A stretch of DNA of 64,000 bases from Selaginella moellendorffii (lineage: Eukaryota > Plantae > Lycopodiophyta): the NCBI RefSeq assembly GCF_000143415.4, contig NW_003314265.1:944405-1008404 (forward strand). The letters are read 5' to 3'. Shown here piece after piece: positions 28,128 to 40,200 of the stretch. The position numbers were made by a program, and so were the translations under genes. Below the pieces are notes generated by a model. It did not search any database, was not told where the DNA came from, and saw nothing but the letters and a program-made list of their open reading frames with translations. Position 1 is the first letter of the stretch. Every line of letters begins with the position of its first letter.

Positions 28128-28927
28128 ATGGCATCACTAAGAACTTGTATAAACCAAATGGTGTATAAAAAATAATTTTATGAATATTTTTCTCGGCCAT
28201 CGATACATGCCAGTACTCAAAGCAAGATCTAACTTGGTGAACTAACGACTTCTCCCAAAATGATCTAAGAGATCAGTAGTGTGAGAAAGAGGGTACATGT
28301 CTGGGATCGTCACTTCATTTAATGGATGATAATCGATGCAAAAATAAATACCTCCCATCAAGTTTTGTCACAAGATGAGATTCATATGCTTAAGGACTCT
28401 GCAACTTTTGAATAACACCCTTTTCCAATATCTCCTTAACATTTGCACATAAAATCTTGTAAACATTGATTAAACGAGCATCCCCAGTTGGAAAAGGACT
28501 ATGTGTTGCAATTTTGGCCCTAGATAATAGGTCAAACTCAAAGAGATTGGCATACTTCTTCACGAGTCGGTCAACCACTACAATACAAAGACTGTCAGAG
28601 GGATTGGAAGAGGGAATAAGAGAATAAGATGGAAATATAAAAAGGCCTCAAAGTCACACTTGGCATAATTATGCCACAATCGATCCATACAAAGGATGAA
28701 GTTAAAAACTTGACTCAGCAGTACTAGTAATAACTGCAACTCAAGCTTGAGACCGCCCACACACTAAGTTTACCTCATCTCGTGTATATAGATGTGTATG
28801 ACTGTTGCCATAAAGAATGAAAATTGGCTTTACCACATGATGCAAATGTAGATGATAACGTGTGATAAGAAGCTGAACAATAGAAGATAAACTCAAGTCT
28901 GTATAACGAACACAAAGAGAAGCATAG

Positions 28928-31900
28928 TGTGAGACACAAAATCCCTAGGCCCCAAAGTGGAGCCGGAAAGGGTGCCACGTGGTAGTGGCTGAAGCGAGAG
29001 CCAAACGAGCATAACACGTTTGGACCAAAAGCTCCGACTCGAAAAGTCAAGAGCGGGAGTGGAACTCCCAACGAAGTGCTCGAGGAACGAGCACGAAGCG
29101 AGCAAAAAGCGAGGCTCCAAAAAGGGACCCAAAAGGACCAACATATGACACGTGGAAGTGTCTGAGATGGACTCGAGTTGGAGTCCGAAGTGGAGTCCGA
29201 GATGGACCCGAGTTGGAGTCTGAAGTGGAGTCCGAGATGGATCCGAGTTGGAGTCCGAAGTGGAGTCCGAGATGGACCCGAGTTAGAGTCCGAAGCGGAG
29301 TCCGAGATGGACCCGAGATGGAGTCCAAGATGGAGTCCGAAGTGGAGTCCGAGATGGAGTCCGAAGTGGAGTCCGAGGTGGACCCGAGATGGACCCGAGT
29401 TGGAGTCCGAGGTGGACCCGAGATGGACCCGAAATGGAGTCCGAGATGGAGTCCGAGATGGACCCGAGATGGAGTCCGAGATGGAGTCCGAGATGGACCC
29501 GAGATGGAGTCCGAGATGGAGTCCGAGATGGACCCGAGATGGAGTCCGAGATGAAGTCCGAGATGGAGTCCGAGATGGAGTCCGAAGTCGAGACCGAGAC
29601 CGGGACCGAGACCGAGACCGAGACCGAGATCGGGACCGAGACCGAGGCCGAGGCCAAGACCGAGCCCGAGCCCGAGTCCGAGTCCGAATCCGAGTCCGAA
29701 TCCGAGTCCGAGTCCGAGTCCGAGTCCGAGTCCGGAGCCTGAGAGGGTGAAAGCCCAAAGCGTTCGTCTCCCAGACCCTGGGGGGTTTGGTGAGCTCCAA
29801 AAGTATAGTAGGGGGAGGACTGCAGTGGAGCCAGTTTGGCCAGGAAAGGCCAGTTTGGCCCAGGAAGGCCGGACCCAGTGTTGGGTGATGAGCTGCCCAC
29901 TGGGAAGTCCAAGACTAGAGTGAACACAGACCGACAAGCGGGGTAGCTTGGTGAAGTGTTCAAGAGCCGGCTCTAGTTCCCCCGGGAGATCGACTGGCCG
30001 ATGCTCCCAGTCCAAGTGTGGGTGGCACTACCTACTTGGATACCTGGTGTGGCTCAACGGAACCCGCTCTAAGCCCATGGCTAGAGCACCCAAGGGCAGA
30101 AGGCGAGGAGAGTACCCAGGTGGCTCGCGTAAGGCCACGGTGTTCCGAAATGTTGTCCCAAAGGCCCAGACTGTGGAAAGGAAGAGGAGAAGTCCTCTGG
30201 GGTAGTGACCAAGGACACAGTCGTGTGGTGAGGAAGTCCCAGAGGACCGTGGGACTTAGTGGTCAGGCCTGTGGGTCTCGATCCAGTGGCAGTGTTGGCA
30301 AACACGGCCAGGGGCAGGAAGGGACTTAGTGGGGACTGACAGAGGGATATTGGGGAAGGCTATTCCCCTTGTCGGTGGGCATCCTAAGGATGCTAAGGAG
30401 TGGATCTGAGATGACCACTCACGGATGGTTTGCCTAGTCTTGGAGAGCCAAGACGGTGATGCAAGTGGTATTGGACTACCAGTGTGGCAAAGGTGATTGG
30501 GCATGGCCTTAGCGTAACGGGCTGCTATGTCGGTGGTACCTTTGAGTGTCGGTCATGGGATCAGACACGTGGAGCACTTGGACCAAGTGCAAATGTTGAG
30601 TGGCATGGATGCCATTCTCGGGGCTAGCAAGTCCCAAGTCCTGGATTGGACTTATGGAGGTTGTGAATGAGACTCCTCCAAGTGGTCAGAGGTGTGGTTA
30701 AGTGACTAAAGTAGAATGGAAAATTTAGTCGCTTACAATTTAGTATCAGAGCTGTTCCTTAGTCCGACTTTTATTGGTGCTCAAGTATATCACCACTAGT
30801 GTTGGCATCGGAAGGTCCGAGGAGTGGGCCTATCCTTGAGGAGTAGCAAGTCGGGAAGACATGGCTCTCCATTACAGTTCATGTGTGAACTTGTAGACGA
30901 GGTGGTGGATAGAAAAGGGCCAATAATGGAACGACTTTGGGATCTTGGGAACAGTGCAAGGTTTTCCTCATTGAGTTGAGGATGTGATCTGGATGAGCAT
31001 TTGTCTCAGCAAATTGGCTAAGGTTGTTGTGGTAAACAACTAAAGTTGGGATCACAGGAAAGATAGAGACTCCAAAACAATAAAGGAGTCACAAGATTAT
31101 CCTCATATAGTTGAGGTTGGTGCTCATGAATGTGAGACCAGAGGTAATGACCGTGGGAGGTCAAATACGGAAGAGGACTGAAGTCCTTGAAATGGTAGCC
31201 GAGGCTACCTTTAATAAATGCTGGAACAACCCAAGGAGTTGGGGGGTGTACTTAGAGATGAGTGGTATTCTCATCGCATAGACAAGTAGTCCTAAAGGGC
31301 AAAAGTTGCCCCCAGAGAACAAAATCAAGTGTCGGAGTAACACTTGTGAAAATAGTCCTTTTGAGTAGGACAGGAATGCAAGAAGTGTATTCCAGTGAGC
31401 TAGTGCCTCACAAGTAGAACCTTAAGGGTCTGTGGATTAACCAAGTCCAAAACTGCTGATAACTCAAGTAGAGTCAAGGGATGGTCCTAAAAGGACTGAT
31501 GGAAGCATTTGGACTGAGGTGTGTTGTACCCCACAAAGGATGGGGGGGGGATCATAGGATCCAAGGATGAGAACAGAGGGTATCTCATCGATGGCAAAAT
31601 GTGCCATGCTAAAGTTATGGGAAAGGTGTTCTCAGAAGAAAACAACTTTGACACAAAGTTGTGTGTGACCTCTATGGTGCAGTGCTAACGGATGGTTGGC
31701 ATGAGAAAGAGTGGTGTTGGTCTTGGCAAAGACATAAACACGAAGAGGAAGTGTCATAGAGGTAGGCTCGTGGAGCCGATGGTGTGGAGACACCAAATGT
31801 GCCAAGGTGTGATACCTTAAGGCTATGTTGGTGGGTTCATGAGAACCCCTTACCAAAGGAATCCCAATGGAAATGGGAATGGCATAGCCTAAGCTGCAGA

Positions 31901-34900
31901 GCATGCAGTTGGAGTGTGGTGACCCAGATAATGATGGAGGTGTGAAAGCACCAAACAATGAGTTGTAGGACTTGACAACTATGAGGCAACTAAGCAAGAG
32001 GTGCAAAATAATTGGTTGAACGGGTAGAAGGTAGCTATCCAAGACTTCTTAATAGCATAGGGAAGTCGGATACACCCTTACGGGGGATAAGTTGCTTGTG
32101 TTGCGATATAGTAAGTCAATGTCATAAAAGGAAATACTCATTGTCAAAAAAGCCATCATTGGGACACCCGAACACTCTAGAACACCAGAAGGTGGTGTTT
32201 GATGTTGCGAGGGCAATGGATAAAGCCCAAGGGACTAAGTCCCTAGCGAATGATGGATAGAAGGTGCTATCCAAATGTCCAAGGTTGCGGAGATAGGAGA
32301 GGACTGTCTACCCGAGTTGGACAAAGCCAAAAATGGAATTTTGGCAAGGCTAGTGATGGGCATGTAAAGGCCCATAAGCAACAATGTAATCCCAGTGTGT
32401 GGGATTATAAGGTGAGCATACCCGTATTGAGGAACCACTCCTTGGGCTATTGGGTAGGTACATCCCTAAGAATACTTGCTAAGGCATGATAGAAAGTGCA
32501 AAAGCTATCCTCCTAGTCTGGAGGAGAATAACCAAAGGAAACACATGGGGCCAAAAGGCAAGTAGTATTGGGATAGAACTGAACCATAGAAATCGAAGGG
32601 CATAACCAAGGTTAGTTATGCCAGCTGGGAGTGGAGAATCAAGTGGGGGCTCGAGGGTGTTGCCACTAGCAACCGTGATGCCATGGAGAGTCTAAAATAT
32701 GGAATTGTCCATGTTAGACTATGTGGCAATTGGAAAGCTTGCAAAAAGGGAGGCCTTAGCAAGCTAAGGGACAGAGTTCTTTCAAGGTTCCCATAGACGA
32801 TTCTAGGTAGCTTAGTACCTAGAAAGGCCAAATGTAAATGGTTCATAGAACGCGCGAAATCAGAGTGGCGCAGCAGAAGCGTGGTCTTGAAGCTTGCCAT
32901 GAGGCAAGGCTGTCAAGGTTAGGGAAGTAGTTCCCGAGTGTTCAAAGAGAGGGCTTTGAACGAAAGTTGATGGTTAAGGACTTCCACGCTTATGCATGAA
33001 CCATGTTACGGTGGCCGGATGACTTGCTAAGTGAGATTGGCAAGTTGGGGGGAACAAATACCCTAGTTGAAGGTGCTAACTTCAAAAAGGGTGGCCCATG
33101 GGGCCAAGCATGGAGGAGCCCATGCATGATCACAGATATGTCAAGTGAGAGGACTTGGCAGTGTGGGGGAACTAGGTTCCTAAGCTGTGATCTGTAGCGC
33201 GCTTTAAAAATAAGTTGGTGCACCGGCGTGGGGAGTCACACCAGGCATCTTGTGTGATGCCGTCCGTAGATGCATATACGGAGGTTGGGTTCGAGTCCCG
33301 ACCCTCTAGTGCTTGGGTTCGAGTCCCAAATCACTAGGGCGTGGTGATGGTTTGGAATATGAGGACACTCATATTTCGGTGGTCATGGACTCTCAGTGGG
33401 GAGACTGGTTTGGGCACACCGCCAAGCGAGGGATGCCTCAGAGTCGTGGTGCACGGTTAGATTGCTTAGTGTGAAAGCTCGGCATATCTAACTTGAACGC
33501 TTTGGTGCAAGTGGCACCAAGGACGTGGTGAGTGAGATGGGGACACCTAATCTCAGTTGCTATAGACCCTTGGCCGGAAGGGCTGGCTTGGGCGCACCGC
33601 CAAGTGTGGGGGATGCCCCCGGGGTCGTAGTTAACAAGTTAAAGGTCTGGAAGACCTAGTACCTATTGGCAAACCTGTTAAGGTGCCGAGGTGAGATCAT
33701 TAGGTGATCTTGTGGCTAAATAAGGATAACGTCCTTGTTTGGGTTAAGGAATAAAGTTCCTAGTTCAAAGTGTTGATTTGAACTATTGATGATGGTGTGG
33801 CTTGGTCAAGGTGACCAAGTGGGAAAAGCACCTTAGGGAAATAAGCTATGTCATTGCGATGGCATAGTGTGTCCAAGGAAAGTAGTCTCTAAAGAGACCC
33901 ATGAGAGGGTCACAAAGTTGGGCCGAGGATAGAGCCCACAGCAGAAGATGCTAAAAGAGACTTACTAGGGGTGAACACCCTAGTCTTGGCAAAACAGAGC
34001 CTTTGCTATGGAATCAAAAGAACACCTCAAGGAGGGAGGTAGAGATTCGATGTTGCTTGGTACAACAATCAATGGATAGGAGCAAAAGATGAGTGGCCAA
34101 GATAGGGCCGTGGAATTCCTTGGAAGGAATCCAAGTGACAAAGTTAGGCGAGGAACACTAATGTGTTGGACGCTAACAAATTGCAGGAAAGGAAGTGTGT
34201 TTCCAAGGATGGATTCCGAATAGCTCCGATTTGGCGAAAGTGGAAGCTCCAAGGGAGGGAGCGGTAAGGTAGCCAAATGATAGGGCGATGGACAACCCTA
34301 GCACAAAGTGTGATAAATGGAACTTAGTGCCCAAGGTGGCATGAAATAGAAGAGAGGATGATGGTGCCCTCAAGTAATGAACGTCCTAGGATAAGGAAGT
34401 GGAGTTGCACAATTTGTGCAATGCAAGGTGTTGGAGACACCTAGGAAATTGACTTCCAAAAGTCAAAAGAGTAAAAGTTCCAAAGTGCAAACATTCAATA
34501 GATGGAAATTGAGACTACTCGAGAAGGAGTAGTGGGATTGACTTAGAGAAGGGTCTCTAAGAGGTTTAGCAAGAACTAAACCAATAAAAGGAGAGAACCA
34601 CTATATGTGGTCTAATCAGTCTCTAAATTGGAGAGACTACCCTCCTTAGAGGATAGGCAAGGCATGGTGAGCCTTTGGTGTCAAACCATTAAGGCATATG
34701 CAAAAGGCATGGTGACCCTTCAATGTCAAACCATTGACAAATATTGGCTAGGTGCCAAGGATGGAAATGGTAACACATGCGAGTGTTACTTTACAAAATG
34801 GTTTACCGTTTGATGAGGACATCGAACTTCGTCTATGGGTGGTGGAGTTGTGAGACACAAAATCCCTAGGCCCCAAAGTGGAGCCGGAAAGGGTGCCACG

Positions 34901-36647
34901 TGGTAGTGGCTGAAGCGAGAGCCAAACGAGCATAACACGTTTGGACCAAAAGCTCCGACTCGAAAAGTCAAGAGTGGGAGTGGAACTCCCAACGAAGTGC
35001 TCGAGGAACGAGCACGAAGCGAGCAAAAAGCGAGGCTCCAAAAAGGGACCCAAAAGGACCAACATATGACACGTGGAAGTGTCCGAGATGGACTCGAGTT
35101 GGAGTCCGAAGTGGAGTCCGAGATGGACCCGAGTTGGAGTCTGAAGTGGAGTCCGAGATGGACCCGAGTTGGAGTCCGAAGTGGAGTCCGAGATGGACCC
35201 GAGTTAGAGTCCGAAGCGGAGTCCGAGATGGACCCGAGATGGAGTCCAAGATGGAGTCCGAAGTGGAGTCCGAGATGGAGTCCGAAGTGGAGTCCGAGGT
35301 GGACCCGAGATGGACCTGAGTTGGAGTCCGAGGTGGACCCGAGATGGACCCGAAATGGAGTCCGAGATGGAGTCCGAGATGGACCCGAGATGGAGTCCGA
35401 GATGGAGTCCGAGATGGACCCGAGATGGAGTCCGAGATGGACCCGAGATGGAGTCCGAGATGGAGTCCGAGATGGAGTCCGAGATGGAGTCCGAAGTCGA
35501 GACCGAGACCGGGACCGAGACCGAGACCGAGACCGAGATCGGGACCGAGACCGAGGCCGAGGCCAAGACCGAGCCCGAGCCCAAGTCCGAGTCCGAATCC
35601 GAGTCCGAATCCGAGTCCGAGTCCGAGTCCGAGTCCGAGTCCGGAGCCTGAGAGGGTGAAAGCCCAAAGCGTTCGTCTCCCAGACCCTGGGGGGTTTGGT
35701 GAGCTCCAAAAGTATAGTAGGGGGAGGACTGCAGTGGAGCCAGTTTGGCCAGGAAAGGCCAGTTTGGCCCAGGAAGGCCGGACCCAGTGTTGGGTGATGA
35801 GCTGCCCACTGGGAAGTCCAAGACTAGAGTGAACACAGACCGACAAGCGGGGTAGCTTGGTGAAGTGTTCAAGAGCCGGTTCTAGTTCCCCCGGGAGATC
35901 GACTAACCGATGCTCCCAGTCCAAGTGTGGGTGGCATTACCTACTTGGATACCTGGTGTGGCTCAACGGAACCTCGCTCTAAGCCCATGGCTAAAGCACC
36001 CAAAGGCGGAAGGTGGGGAGAGTACCCATAAGGCCCGCGTAGGGCCACGGTGTTCCGAAATGTTGTCCCAAAGGCCCAGACTGTGGAAAGGAAGAGGAGT
36101 AGTCCTTTGGTGTAGTGACCAAGGATACAGTCGAGTGGTGAGGAAGTCCCAGAGGACTGTGGGACTTAGTGGTCGGGCCTGTGGGTCTCGATCCAGTGGC
36201 AGTGTTGGCAAACACGGCCAGGGGCAGGAAGGGACTTAGTGGGGACTGACAGAGGGATATTGGGGAAGGCTATTCCCCTTGTCGGTGGGCATCCTAAGGA
36301 TGCTAAGGAGTGGATCTGAGATGACCACTCACGGATGGTTTGCCTAGTCTTGGAGAGCCAAGACGGTGATGCAAGTGGTATTGGACTACCAGTGTGGCAA
36401 AGGTGATTGGGCATGGCCTTAGCGTAACGGGCTGCTATGTCGGTGGTACCTTTGAGTGTCGGTCATGGGATCGGACACGTGGAGCACTTGGACCAAGTGC
36501 AAATGTTGAGTGGCATGGATGCCATTCTCGGGGCTAGCAAGTCCCAAGTCCTGGATTGGACTTATGGAGGTTGTGAATGAGACTCCTCCAAGTGGTCAGA
36601 GGTGTGGTTAAGTGACTAAAGTAGAATGGAAAATTTAGTCGCTTACA
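28928..36647 (+). mobile_element. young non-autonomous LTR retrotransposon (LARD-like, Gypsy-derived), copy 1
   Basis: LTRs 28928-30737 and 34849-36647 (TGT...ACA, about 1.8 kb, near-identical); PBS TAGTATCAGAGC; TSD CATAG/CATAA. The 4.1-kb interior holds only scrambled gag/pol relics. Confidence 0.92.
29160..29735. repeat. GAGTCC/GAGATG/GAGACC hexamer-dodecamer satellite inside the LTR
   Basis: Arrays of GGAGTCCGAGAT and GGACCCGAGAT. Homologous arrays lie at about 35080-35645, 37480-37892 and, contracted, 43207-43316. Confidence 0.95.
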
Positions 36648-37245
36648 CATAAAAGACCTCTTGTTATAAAAATAAATTTAGAAAGTGAACATTAGATGCA
36701 CTTATGTCGAGTGAACCCTTTGATGATACTCTTAAAAAAAAGATAAATGGGTCACTGGTTTATTTGCATAAGGTCCCTTTGCTACTTGTGCAACTCCTCA
36801 TTTCTTGAAAACATTTTAATATCTAGACTTTCCATTGCAACAACACTAACAAAATATTATTAATGCCAAGGTCTCCACTTAGGAAATGAAAGTTGCCAAT
36901 CCAGAAAATGCTGACAATGTCGATAAGTGTGACAAACTTTATTATACACCCAATAATGGACATCATAGGCACGACCACATCCTCGCCCTTGTCTTTGAAC
37001 TTGGGCAACAACAACATCAACCTCCATTGGAATAGGATTGTCTCCCATAGAAAGTGGAGTTGAAAGACGTGCAATGAAAAGTGGAAGAAATGACATTTTA
37101 TAATATTGTGCCAAGTGAAGAGCATTGCTAAGGATGGCAAAAGTAAATGCATGTACAAGTTTTTTAAAATCTTAATAAAGTGTTGGCCATAACATTCCCA
37201 ACTTAATCCACTCTGATATATTTGGCTTTACACGGAGCAAGAGGC

Positions 37246-40200
37246 TATGAGACACAAATCCCTAAGCCCCAAAGTGGAGTTGAAAGGGTGCCACGTGGTA
37301 GTGGCCGAAGCAAAAACTAAACGAGCGTAACACGTTTGGACTAAAAAGCTCCGACTTGAAAAGGTCGAGAATGGGAGTGGAACTTTTAACGAAGTGCTCG
37401 AGGAACGAGCATGAAGCGAGCAATAAGCAAGGCTCTAAAAAGGGACCCAAAAAGGACCAACACATGACACGTGGAAGTGTCCGAGATGGACCCGAGTTGG
37501 GGTCCGAAGTGGAGTCCGAGATGGAGTCCGAGACGCAGTCCGAGATGGACCCGAGATGGAGTCTGAGATGAAGTCCGAGATGGAGTCTGAGATGGAGTCC
37601 GAGATGGACCTGAGATGGACCCGAGATGGAGTCCGAGATGGAGTCCGAGATGGAGTCCGAGATGGACCCGAGATGGAGTCTGAGATGGAGTCTGAGATGG
37701 CCCCGAGATGGAGTCCGAGATGGAGTCCGAGATGGACCCGAGATGGACCCGAGATGGAGTCCGAGATGGACCCGAGATGGAGTCCGAGATGGAGTCCGAG
37801 ATGGAACCGAGACTGAGACCGAGACCGAGTCCGAGTCCGAAACCGGGACTGAGACCGAGTCTGAGTCCGAGTTCGAGCCCGAGTCCGAGTCCAAATACTA
37901 ATACAGGTAGTTGGGTGAAAGCCCAAAGCGATCGTCCCCCAAGGGGGGGGGGGGCTACGGGGGGTTCCAAAAGTATAGTAGGGAGAGTGTGGGGGTTGGA
38001 GCCCAGTGGAGCCAATTTGGCTAGAAAAGGTCAGTTTGGCCTTGGGAAGGCCAATTTGGCCCAGGAAGGCCATACCTAGTGTTGGGTGATGAGCTGACCA
38101 CTGGGAAGTCCAAGACTAGAGTGAATACGGACCGACAAGCGGGGTAGCTTGGTGAAGTGTTCAAGAGCCGGTTCTAATTCCCCCGGGAGATCGACTGACC
38201 GATGCTCCTAGTCCAAGTGTGGGTGGCACTACCTACTTGGATACCTGGTGTGGCTCAACGGAACCTTGCTCTAAGCCCATGGCTAAAGCACCCAAAGGCG
38301 GAAGGCGGGGAGAGTACCCATAAGGCCCGCGTAGGGCCACGGTGTTCCGAAATGTTGTCCCAAAGGCCCAGACTGTGGAAAGGAAGAGGAGTAGTCCTCT
38401 GGTGTAGTGACTAAGGATACAGTCGAGTGGTGAGGAAGTCCCAGAGGACTGTGGGACTTAGTGGTCGGGCCTGTGGGCCTCGATCCAGTGGCAGTGTTGG
38501 CGAACACGGCCATGGGCAGAAAGGGACTTGGTGAAGACCGGAAAAGGGATATTGGGGAAGGCTATTCCCAATATCTGTGGGCATCCTAAGGATGTTAAGG
38601 AGTGGATTTGGAATGATCACTCATAGACGGATGGCCCAGTCCTTGAGAGATGGGACTGTGATGCCGGTGGTGTTAGACCACCGGTGTGATCGAGGTAAAG
38701 GGGCATGGCTTTAGCGTAACGGGCTGATATGTCGGTGGTACCTTGGGGTGTCGGTCAGGGGATCGGACACGTGGAGCACTTGGATCAAGTGCAAAGGTTG
38801 AGTGGCAGAGATGCCATTTTCGGGGCTAGCAAGCCAAGTCTAAAATAGGACTTATGGAGGTTGTGAGTAAGACTCCTCCAAGTGGTTGGAGGTGTGGTTA
38901 AATGAGTAAAGTAGAATGAAAATTTAGTCCCTTACAACTTGGTATTGGAGTTGTTCCTTATTTTGACTTTTATTGGTGCTCAAGTATATCACCACTGGTG
39001 TTTGCATCGGAAGGTCCTAGGAGTGGGCCTATCCTTGAGGAGTAGCAAGTCGGGAAGACATGGCTCTCCATTACAGTTCATGTGTGAACTTGTAGGTAAG
39101 GTGGTGGATAGAAAAGGGCCAATAATGGAACGACTTTGGGATCTTGGGAACAGTATAAGGGTTTCCTCAGAGAGCTGAGGATGTGATCCAGATGAGCGTT
39201 TGATGCAGCAAACGAACTAATGTAGTTGTGGTAAACAACTATAGTTGGGATCACGGGAAAGATGCAGACTCCAAAACAATAAAGGAGTCACAAGATTACC
39301 CTTATATGGTTGAGGTTGGTACTTATAAATTTGAGACCGGAATTGTTGACCGTGGGAGGTCAAATACAGAAGAGGACACCAGTCCTTGAAATGGTAGCCG
39401 AGGCTACCTCTAATAAATGTTGGAACAACGCAAGGAGTTGGGGGTGTACTTAAAAATGAGTTGCTATTCTCATCACATGGACAAGTAGTTATAAGGGGCA
39501 AAGGTTAGCCCCAAGAAAATCATCAACTGTTAGAGTAACACTTGCAAAGATTGTCCTTGTGAGTAGGACATGAATACAAGAAGTTGTATTCCAGTGAGTT
39601 GGCACCTCTAAGACTGAGACCTCGCAGGTTGTTGGATTAGCAAAGTCCAAAATGCTGGATGACTCAAGTGGAGTTAGGGAATGGTCCTAAAGGATTGGTT
39701 GGAGCATTTGGACTGAGGCGTATGGTGCCCCATGAGGTATGGGGAGGATCATAAAATCTAAATATGAGAATAGTAGGTATTTCATTGATGGTAGAATGTG
39801 CCATACTAAAGTTGTGGGAAAAATGTTCCCAGAAAAAAGCAACTTTGGCCCAGAGTTGGGTGCAAACACTATGGTGCGGTGCTAACGGATAGTTAGCATG
39901 GGGAACAACTATATTGGTTTTGGCAAAGACCTAGACACTAATAAGTAGTGTCATAAGGGTAGGCTCGTGGGGCCGATAGTGTGGAAACACCAAATGTGCC
40001 AAGGGGTGATACCTTGAGGTTATGATGGTGGGTTCATAAGAACCCCTTGCCAAGGGAATCCCAACGGAAGCGGGAATGGCATGGCCTAAGCTGGAAGGCA
40101 TGCGGTTGGAGTGTGGTGACCCAGATAATGATGGAGGTGTGGAAGCACCAAGCAATGAGTTGTAGGACTTGACAACTATGGGGCAACTAAGCAAGAAGTG

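Noticed and set aside
28775-30015. Long overlapping ORFs (up to 341 aa) of RS/SD/GL/ES repeats on both strands, repeated at 34.8-35.9 kb and 37.3-38.1 kb
   Set aside because: By-products of a stop-free hexamer satellite inside LTRs; open in many frames, with no domain.
38088-38111. GATGAGCTGACCACTGGGAAGTCC in the large LTRs resembles the 5S C-box
   Set aside because: A short, imperfect match with no A-box upstream; cannot be distinguished from chance by eye.
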